Origin: Gordius albopunctatus
Taxonomy: Eukaryota
Length of the DNA: 64,000 bases
Assembly: GCA_964276515.1 (NCBI GenBank)
Contig: OZ193910.1
Span: 1,178,001-1,242,000, forward strand
Direction: 5' to 3'
The first letter of the stretch is position 1, and each line of letters begins with the position of its first letter. Position numbers and translations under genes: made by a program. The notes below the pieces were generated by a model. That model saw only the letters and a program-made list of their open reading frames with translations. It had not been told where the DNA came from and did not search any database. Positions 54,064 through 64,000 of this stretch are shown here, piece after piece.

Positions 54064-55589
54064 CTAATCCTTAGTATCACGCCTATTTTCAACTTTAGGT
54101 AGCACAACACTGTTATGATTATTGGTATTTTTAAGAGGGGAATTTTGGTTAGAGGCTAAATTTTGTATCCTCACACCAAGTAAAGCTTCAAGTTGTTGTT
54201 GGGTCAATTGTATGGTATGATTTGGGGAGCTTGGCAAAAAATTTTCCACTTTAGAAGCAGATTTACCGGGAGTTGTTAAAAGGGTTTCTTGCAATTTGGG
54301 GACACTACTCACAGAGGTATCATTAGGCTTTGGAAAAGTTGATATTAGATCTATCCCAAAGATGCTACTTATTTTTTCAGCTTCCAAATTAGCTGGGGTT
54401 TGTACTGTTGCATTATTTTGACTCACATGCGGGGATGGAGAATGAATTTGTTTTCTAGTATTTTTAACACTTTGAGAAACAGCTGTGCTTCTAAGCTCAC
54501 AAGTTATTACAGAAGATGCATTTAAGTTTGAAGGTGTGACATTTGTTTTGGGGGTTGAAGTTGACGAGGTGGATTTAACCAACCCAGTTGCAATTGAGGG
54601 TGATAATAAATACAAGGGATATGAAAGTGATGTTTGGAGCTCACATGAATTTGCATTACAACTAACAATTTGTGAATTATTATCTAATGACTTGTTTTGT
54701 GCATTTTGCACAAAGTTAATTTGTGTCATATTATTGGGATTGAGGATGAGTGGTGTTGCTTGCTGTAAAAATATTTGCCCTTGTGGATTATTATTAATAG
54801 TTGGGATAGCTGCCATGTGCTGTTGAATAATGGGTGATTGGGTCAATGTTGTAGATGTATTTATGTTGCTGCCAGATTCTACCAGAGGTACCTGAAAGTA
54901 ATATTCGAATTGAGGCTGCCTAGAATTTGGTACAGTTATAGGAAAGATCGGCTGTTTAAATATTTAAAAATGATATGTATTTGTGCTTAATAAATATTAA
55001 AACAATAAAAATGACATCAAAATTCAAGTAAAAAATGTATGCAAACCTTTTTTGGAGAGGGCTTAATTTCTTCTCTTGGCACAATATCAATTAAAAAATC
55101 GAATTGATCATACCGACTGGCAGCTAGTGCAATGTCGCTTTTCTTCAGGAATATATAGAATTTACACAATATCTTTATTATACCTGTAAGGTTCTTCTCT
55201 TGTTTTCTTCTGTGCACCACCAGCCTCTCATGGTTATTTCACTAATAAATAGTTCGGCAGCTTTTGCAAACAGTATAGGAACCTCCGCACTAATCATCTA
55301 ACAATTTTTGAATAAATATAAGGGTATTAAACTATTTGGATTATCAATAATTAAATGCAATGTAAAAATGAATTACCTTAACACTTTCATCAAGTTTCAT
55401 AATTTTTTTAATTCGAGCAAGGGGAAGGTCTTGCAATTTTAAATCCCTCTAAATTCATATAAACCAAATAAAAAAGAAATATACCATATTAACATTTTCA
55501 ATCGATTCTGTTTGTGATTTCCAAAAGCTATTATGCATTTTTGTTTGGGCATCAGGATCTAAAGCCATAGAATTATTTTCACAAGCCAT
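54064..55589 (-). CDS. NFYC: Nuclear transcription factor Y subunit gamma, 5 exons
   Basis: FWKSQ...[77 protein letters not shown] followed by a Q/S/T-rich tail. Confidence 0.93.
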
Positions 55590-55989
55590 CTTTATGTAGT
55601 GTTGTTCAAAATAGCGCGTAAAGCATAAAAGCACATTCCACTTGTAAATAATAAAAAAAAATTTTCGGGATATAGAACCAACAATATTAATAACTATGTT
55701 TTGACGAATTTTATAGTCGCCAATAAACAAAATTAAAAAGCACCCTTTTCCCAGTCACAATTTTATGGAGTCCAAAAAATTATTTCGACAATCAGGCAGT
55801 ATATAGTGTAATGTAACAATTTTTTTTCTTTTTTTTGTATATATTGTTTATTTGAATGTAAAAAATTTATAAAAAATGAAGTGTTTAAATTCGAAAAATA
55901 TAAGAGCGGGTATAAAACAAATAAAAAAAATTATAATTAAAAAGCGTCGCATGTATCATCTAATAAAATTGGCCAGATCTCGGCCAGGG

Positions 55990-56640
55990 ATTTAAAATTG
56001 TACTTTGCTATTAAAATAGCAATTTTTTGTTTAAGTAAAAAATTTGTGGAATATTTAGAGGGCGGGCAGCGACGGCTGATATCTTTAAAAAGCTCTTAAT
56101 GGCGGCAGGACCAAAAGTTCCAGAACATGAGGCAACGATAGGGGTAAAGATATTAGAGGGTAGGAGGGCCTGGTATTTTACTGTTTTGCGGTGTTCGGCA
56201 AGGGTCAGAGCGTTGTAGTTCTGGTTAGAGGGGGCGAAAATATCTATGCAGGTGAAATCCCATTTAAGGGGTAGACCATTTTGCCAAGGGATAAGGGTAA
56301 GAGCCGTCTGGTCGCATCCCTCCCAAACGGACGGGATATTGGCTTTTTTAAGAGCGGCTTGGATAAGGCTATTCATATTTTCGTGCCTTGTGTATTTAAT
56401 TTTATTGTCAAGGCAGTTTAGGGGGTGCCTTGCATAAATGTCTACGTTCTGGGAGCAGTTGCTGCAGGAATATTCCTTTGAATAGGGAATTCCTAGTCTA
56501 AGGGCGATGGAGTATGCAAGCTCTGGGTCCTCCAACATCAGTCCAGAAAGTGAACTAGGATAAGTTTCTAGCCACTCGTGACCCGATCCGTCGAAAACCA
56601 AAGATCTTCGCTGTGTTTTATTAGCTACATTTTCTTTAAT
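55990..56640 (-). mobile_element. CRE-clade-like non-LTR retrotransposon C-terminal fragment (zinc knuckle and restriction-like endonuclease)
   Basis: WL...IALRLG...CxxC...HPLNC...RH...LTLIPWQNGLPLKWDFT...AEHRKTVKY...FTPIV...GTFG. RPDG is readable in a shifted frame. Confidence 0.75.
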
Positions 56641-56784
56641 AGTATTCTTGCGAATCTAGAAATGAGGATCATAAGTGGCTATCTGGCGTGACTAGGAAAT
56701 AAAAATTTATTCTGCTTTTGCATATTATATTGTAATCTTAGATCCAAAAACCAAAGATATGTTAGAGGTGGTTTCCAATTCAGC

Positions 56785-57144
56785 TAGTGATGCGGAAAAC
56801 CCGAGAACTCGTCTCGAAAAACCGAGACGAGACGAGAATTCAAAAGATGGAGTCGAGATCGAGACGAGATTTTATCGGCGAGATCACGACTTTTTTTATC
56901 GTTATATTTTAGTAAAATATTGTGTATTTTAATTTGCATGATTCACATTTAAGGTATTAAGTGTAAATCAATACGTATGGAATATATTTGACATTAAAAA
57001 AATTCCTGTAAATATTATCTTTTTTGAAGGATTTACCTAATTATGGTTGACACTTAGGGTATGTGAATAATTTTATAATATCTTTATCGCATATTTAAAT
57101 CCATAGCATTATTAAATATTACAAAATTATAGGCTTAGAATGAG
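56785..57144 (+). mobile_element. Left part of hAT-like MITE (same family as 25099-31415)
   Basis: tagtgatgcgg...gagacgagacgag...acaaaattataggcttagaatgag matches the reverse complement of 31031-31415, with gaatgag matching 26072-26078. Confidence 0.8.
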
Positions 57145-59661
57145 TTCTGATTGAACACTACCTACGACGGTCCCAAGTTCGTGTGCAAAAAGTGGAGGGT
57201 TGGCGTCAGGTCGGAAACCGGCTATAAAAATCAACTCCAAAATTATGATAGAAGAAAAGGCTAGGGCGTCCTCCACAAACGCCGCGCACTGCATAACCCG
57301 CCCGTGCAATGTGAAAAATACACTAGGGTTACTGCCTAACTCACAACAAAGGTGGTTAAGGAAACTAGTTGTGGAAAGAATGCGAATTACGTGCTGGAAT
57401 GTGGGAACGTTGACGGGGAAGAGCATCGAGGTCGCACAGATGCTAAAAAGAAGAAAGGTACACATTGTCTGCCTACAAGAGACGAGGTGGAACGGAACGA
57501 AAGCTCGGGAATTAGGAGAAGGATACAAGCTTTTCTACAGTGGGTCATCAAATCGTAGAAACGGGGTCGGTATCGTTTTAAGTGAATCGTTCAAGGACAA
57601 GGTGGTGGAAGTCAAGCAATGTTCCGACAGGCTAATGTGGGTGAAGATTGCAGATAAAGGGGGCCACCTAGCCGTTATGTTTGGATGTTTGGAATCAGAG
57701 AAAGACTTATTCTTCGATTCATTGGAAAAGGAAATACAAGGAATAGGACAGGATTCGTGTTCTAGGACAGACCAAAGGAGGCAAAGCTATGAATAGGGAA
57801 CTATGGTGGTGGCATCAATCGGTTAAAGATTCCATCGAAAGAAAGAAAAATCTATATAGACGGTGGCATAAGTCAAAAGAGTCGGAGCATTATCAAGAGT
57901 ACAGGTACGCAAAGAGGGCCGCAAAAAAGGCCGTTGCAAAAGCGAAGAATGCCGCGTACACCGAGATGGCAAACAAACTGGATCATAAAAGGGGCGATAG
58001 GTTTATGTACAAATTGGCCAAGATAAGGGAGAAGAAAAGTCGCGACGTCGGAGTTCTTAAAATAGTCAAAAGCGAGAAGGGTAAAACCTTATTCAAGCCA
58101 AAAAAAGTGTTGGAAAGGTGGAAAGGATATTTTAAGAAACTTATGAATATTGCAAACGGCAAAGATTCCCTTCCCGAAATTGAGCCAAATATAAATATGG
58201 TTGAACGTTTTCAGGAGGATGAAGTTAGGACACAAATATACAAGATGCAAAAAGGAAAAGCAAATGGTCCAGATGGAATACCTATGGAAGCATTGCTCGG
58301 ATGTCGTGAAGAAGGAGTCACCACCATCAGAAACCTTCCCTAATCAATGGAAAGCAAGCACGATTATACCCTTATTTAAAGGCAAAGGAGACTCTCAGGA
58401 CTGCGGCAATTACAGAGGTATCAAGCTAACTTGCCACTCCTTGAAGCTTTTGGAAAGGATCTTAGTAACAAGGCTGAAAAGTGAGGTGGAAATATCGCCT
58501 AATCGATTCGGATTCGTGGCCGGCAAATCCACAATCGACCCAATCTTCGCCCTGAGACAAATGATGGATAAGTATGGTGAAAAGAGGAAAGAACTACATA
58601 TGGTTTTTATCGACTTGGAGAAAGCTTATGACACGGTCCCCCACGACTTAATATGGTGGTGCCTGAGGAAACAAAATATCCCTGACGCATATATACGGCT
58701 TATGAAAAATATTTATGAAGCTTCAAACTCTTGCGTTAGGACGACAGTTGGAGACTCTAAACCTTTTCGGATTAATATTGGATTACATCAAGGCTCTGCT
58801 TTAAGTCCTTTTTTATTTAATATAATTATAGACACGATAACGAGGGGCGTTCAAAAGCCTTTGCCATGGTGTATGCTATATGCCGATGATATTGCACTAT
58901 GCGAGGAAACAAGGGGGAAAGTATTCGAAGAAGCCGAAAAATGATCAAAGCGCTTAGCTGGATATGGTTTAAAGGTCAACGATAGAAAAACGCTATACAT
59001 GGAAATGAACGGTACAGGCACCCGTCGCTGGATAACCATCTAAAGTACCCAAATTAAAACAGGTTCACATACCTCGGCTCGATGCTAAATCAAGAGGGAG
59101 GTTGCACAACAGAAGTCAATGCTCGGATCCAAAAATGATGGCTTAAATGGCGAAGTATATCCGGTGTAATGTGTGACAAGAAAAGGCCAATACGGTTGAA
59201 GAGCAAAGCTTACAAATCCATCGTAAGACCGGTGTTACTCTATGGAAGTGAAACATGGGCATTAAACACCACGGAATTAAAGCTATTACAAGCTACAGAG
59301 ATGAGGATGATACGGTGGAGATTGGGGTATACTAAGCTCGACCATATGACGAATGACTTTCTCATGACAAAAATGGGTATTCAATCTATGGCGGACATGA
59401 TTAACGAAAATCGGCTAAGGTGGTATGGTCATATACTAAGAAGGGATACGGATGACGTAAATCAAAAAGTACTGGACATGGAGGTACCGGGGAAGAGAGG
59501 AAGAGGACGACCCCGTGTCACGTGGAAAGGACAAGTCGATAAACTTATGGGAACTAAAGAGATTAGTCAAGACATGGCACTCACCCGGTCAAGATGGAAG
59601 AAACTTATCAAAACAAACCCCACCAATGTGGGACTAAATAACTGATAAAGAACAAGAAGAA
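57145..59661 (+). mobile_element. RTE-clade LINE, both ends present but internally deleted and frameshifted (APE and RT)
   Basis: WNVGTL, CLQETRW, NGVGI (APE); NYRGIKL, FIDLEKAYD, GLHQGSALSP, YADD (RT); gaa-rich tail. Confidence 0.93.
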
Positions 59662-61402
59662 AATAAGTGAAATAGAAATAAAATTAAAGTAAGAATTATA
59701 AAATGTTATGGTGTATTAATTAAGACTAAAATGATTGATTGACGATAAATAATATTATTAATTAAATAGTAACGTAAAACGTAATTCCCTTTTTACATTT
59801 TCTTCAGTTAATAAAGTTTCAAATGTTTTAAGGCTCATTTCAGCAAGGTTAATTAAAAACAATATAAAAAAGTTCTAACATTTACCATCATGGGTAAAAT
59901 GGTATCGCATTCGTAAAAAGGGGAATACGATTAGAAATATAAAAGTTTGAAAAAAAGGGAATCATCAGGATAAGTGAATATACCCCCGGTAGGGATAGTA
60001 CTAATTTTACTAACCCTTACATGTCTGTTTCATTCAGTTTATTAATTATAAAACCAAGAAGTAAAATTATAATAATGAACGATATCAAAATTATCAATAC
60101 GATAACACGCGTATATCAAAAATCACTGATGCGTGTTCATGTTGATCAACCATCATATATGGGGAAAATAAATAACAAATACGTATAAGCGCGTGAGGGG
60201 GGGATTAACGCGCACGTAAATAAAATCAAATGTAAAGGACAAGTACGGCTTTAAAATCAGTACACAGATGTTACAATCAACGAACTTTGTGTCAGGGGGC
60301 ATGGCATGGGGGGAAGAAAAAGTAACACACGTACCACGTACTGAAATTTATTAGAAAGTGAGAGACGTGTAGTGGCGGCGTCCCTTTGTATAAAATAACA
60401 TGGGAAGAGGGGGGGGGGGAAATATACTCGTATCAATAATATTTATAATAGAAACCTTTGAAATTCACATACGTTACGAATTGCTGGGTTGTGATCTATA
60501 TATTCATAATTTAAATAATGAGTAAAAATAATACGACATTTTAAAAATTTTAAACCAAAAATTTTAAATTTAAATAATCTTAACAAAAAATGAGCTCAAA
60601 AACAAAAATCTTATTTAAAAATAAATTATATATTTAATTTTAATTTTAATTACTGGTATCAAAATATAATTCAGATTATGGTACCACAAACAAAACACGA
60701 TTGTTCATTTGTAACAAAATTAATAATAGTCGCTTAAAAAATGTATTTAACCACTGAGAAAATATAGATAAACGGTTTAATAGAATTACAACTTAGCTTA
60801 TTTTAAATTTATTAACTGTTTTTGGGATTGTAGGGATTTATAATAACATCAACCTTCTTACATTCTACATAGAGAATCACTGTGTTAATCAAATAAACAA
60901 AAATATCTGTCAATACCATGATCAATCAAAATAGCGGTCAGGAGAATGAAGTTTTTGAGTAAACAGGAAAAGTATATTGCATTAAGTATTTCTATAAAGC
61001 TTAAAAATGTTTGGGTGCAATATTTGCCATCAGTGTCAATTTGGAAGGGATTTATATGTGCCTGGCAATTAAAACCTTGCACGGGTCTCCCGAAGCCCGA
61101 ACCCGGCTCGATAGGGTTTCCTGCTGAATTTGATAAAATAATCGGGTTCCGGCCCGAATTGATATAAAACAAATGAATCTTTTATAAAATCGGATTTAAA
61201 ACTCAACTCGATATTAAATAGTTTTATATTCGTACAGCGTACATTATATAGCTTCCAAACTTCAGCTTTTCTCCCTGCCTATTATAATATAACTTACCTG
61301 AATTGCAAACCTTATTCTAGTATTTAAATAGATTCATACTTTTACAACTTTAGAAATAATATAATTAAATTTTTCAAAATGTTTTTTATTTGGAACTTTT
61401 AG

Positions 61403-64000
61403 TGAGAGGGGAGGAATAGAATTTATTACACGATAAAAAGAACAATGATACGAAACTTATAAAAGAGTGAGTTTATATAGCGATAAATAACGATAACATT
61501 CAAATGAAAGTTGATTCTGTGTTTGTATTCTTTCTATTTTCACCTTGTACGCATTACAACAAAATCTCTTCCAAGGTAACTGTAATTTGTTTCCCTACAG
61601 ATACTCCCCTCTAAAAAATGGGAAAAAAATATATACACATTATAATTTATAAGAAGAAAATTTTTGTGGAATAGTTATACTTCTTCCATGTCGAGAAATT
61701 CGTTGTTGAACAAATAAAGTGTTACTATCATCTTCTTTTGTTTCGATCCATGCTGGTTTGAGCCTATCGATTGATATGGTTTCCTCTTTATTACCTTTTT
61801 GCACTATGAAAAATTTCTTTCTACTTTTTAGTACCTTAAAGAGTCCATCATATGGGGGTTGTAAAGATTTTCTGACCGTTTCATTGCGCACAAAAACATA
61901 ATCTGATGTTTTTAGATTATTAGGGATATATTCCTTCTTATCATGTCTTCTGGTAGGGCGAAATTTTAAATTTTGCATTATTTCTTAAAGTCTAATTACA
62001 CAACCTGGTTTTGATGAGTCTATGAACGATTTTTGAAAATATTCCCCTGGTAGCCTTAACGTCGTCCCATAAACCATCTCCGAAGGGGTGTATCCGATAT
62101 CTTCTTTGATTGTTGACCTAATGTTGAGAAGAATTAATGGTAGTGTTTCACTCCATTTTGTCGTATCTTCTTGTGTCATGATGGAAGCTTTTAATTGTCT
62201 ATGAAAGCGCTCAACTAAACCATTAGAACACGGGTGATAGGCTGTAGTTTTGATATGGTCAGATTAGAGAACTGCACGGGTGACCCGAGACCCGACCCGA
62301 GGTCGGGTCGGGTTCGGGTAGAAAATTTGAAAATGCTCTCGGGTCGGGTTCGGGTTGAAAATTTTTAAATGCTTTCGGGTCGGGTCAAATTTTTAGAGTC
62401 GGGTCCAAGTTTATACATTGTAAAAAACACGCGAGAACTATTTTTTTCTAACAAAATTGTATATATAAATCATATATTTTATATATATATAAATAAGCAT
62501 ACTATTTTGCAACTTTTGCAAATCGTTTGAAAAATTCTGTGCAGGGGTATGTTGAGACTGGTGGAATAGTCGGCTAAAGATGTTAGAATCCGTTCATAAT
62601 TATCAAGAGATCGAAGATCTGTTGATGGACATGGGGGAGTTTCACAGCAAGAAAATCTTATTTGTCGATTTAATTTTACACCGCAATTTTCGCGCTCGAA
62701 AGTAATTTGTTTTAATAATTTTTCGGGTCGGGTCGGGTAGAAAATTTAAAAATGATTTTGGGTCGGGTTCGGGTAGAAAATTTGAAAATGATTTCGGGTC
62801 GGGTTGAGTCCGGGTAGAAAATTTGAAAATGATTTCGGGTCGGGTCCGGGTAGAAAATTTGAAAATATTTCGGGTCGGGTCGGGTCCGGGTTGAAAAAAA
62901 GTGACTTTGCAGTTCTCTAGGTCAGATCCTAATGTGGATGATAATTCTCGAAATAAACAGGATGTAAATTGAGCACCTCTATCAGTAGTTATTACCTTTG
63001 GGATACCAAAGTTGGCAATCCAGTGTTCAATAAATATTTTTGCTAAATTTTCGGCCGATATATCGTTGATTGGTATTGCGATTGGCCATCTCGTAAAGCG
63101 ATCGATCGCTGTAAAAATATGGGTGTAGTGAGATGAAGATGGCAAAGGGCCTACCACATCCAAATGCACGTGACTGAACCTTTCGTCGGTGTCGTCAAAA
63201 ATGCCAGGTGAAGTAATTGTGTGTTTGTTTACTTTAGACTTTTGACATTTTATGCATTCTTTTGTCCAATTCCGAATATCTTTATTCATCGAGGGCCACA
63301 CAAAGCTGCTAGTAATTAGTCTTTGAGTTGCTCAAATCCCGGGATGTGAAAGAGAGTGAAAGTGATCGAAGAAATACTTTCTTAGTTTTGTTGGTATAAG
63401 TGGTCGAGGTGAACCGTCTTCTTGACAACCAGGGCTTTTTAATTTTACGAGAAACTATTTGACTCTCATTAGGACAAATAGGTAAAGTTAAAGAAATTAT
63501 GTCTGATCGAGATAATGTGTCCGCTGTAATATTACTATTACCTTTTATAAAGCGAATGTCAATGCTGAATTGAGAGACATAATCTAAATGTCGGATTTCT
63601 CTGGGTAAATAACGATCAATTTTTGCCTGGAAAGCATAAATTAAAGGTATATGATTCGTAAATATAGTAAAATTGCGTCCCTCTAGTATGTGTTTGAAAT
63701 TTTTAATCGCCAAAAAAATAGCTAGTAATTCTCGACCAAATGTACTATAGCGTGTTTGAGCTGCTTATAATTTTTGAGAAAATAAGGCTAATGGTTCTTA
63801 TTTGTTATTGCTTACCTGATGCAAAACTCCCCCAACTGATATGTTCAAAGCATCTGTATGACCAAGAAAGTCTAATGATTTTACCCCCAAAGAACATTTT
63901 GATAGATTTATGCGAATACCGTATGTTTGTAATCGTTTAAAAACTGTTGAGAAGTGTAATTTGTGTTCATGTTCTGTGGAACTGGCGATAAGTATATCAT
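61403..64000 (-). mobile_element. Second, decayed copy of the Gypsy family (RT, RNase H and IN remnants, 3' LTR 61403-61599), continuing past the window end
   Basis: Near-identical to 28730-31016, with deletions. Confidence 0.93.
62265..62919. mobile_element. Intact hAT-like MITE inserted in the Gypsy integrase
   Basis: Perfect TIR tagagaactgca / tgcagttctcta, 8-bp TSD GGTCAGAT at 62257-62264 and 62920-62927, subterminal cgggt arrays. Confidence 0.92.

Noticed and set aside
54485..54826. Antisense ORFs over NFYC, ATG101 (6012-6275), RTE and Gypsy
   Set aside because: They are shadow frames of the coding strand.

Overview
AT-rich eukaryotic (animal-like) genomic DNA with very short GT-AG introns (mostly 30-45 nt) and a dense load of transposable elements. 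I rebuilt the genes by hand from splice sites: ATG101 (+), SLC38A10 (-), MED29 (+), NDUFA7 (-), metaxin (+), a small GPI-type Ly6/uPAR three-finger protein (-), NF-YC (-), and a possible orphan cysteine-rich gene (-). Mobile DNA includes two copies of one Ty3/Gypsy family, a non-autonomous LTR element with both LTRs, three RTE-clade LINE copies, a CRE-like restriction-endonuclease LINE fragment, a Mutator element with a 9-bp TSD, an intron-bearing Ginger/GIN-like integrase relic, DINE-1/Helentron-like elements, several hAT-type MITE families and a 2.4-kb intronic foldback. The most notable observations are two RTE copies sitting at the same site in the same MITE family, the foldback with a 20-bp duplication signature, a Ly6 protein that has lost both partners of one disulfide, and Helentron-like elements carrying tRNA-like fragments. 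No bacterial-type system (CRISPR, operon) is present. I cannot claim a proven new system. Family assignments come from recalled motifs, not database searches.
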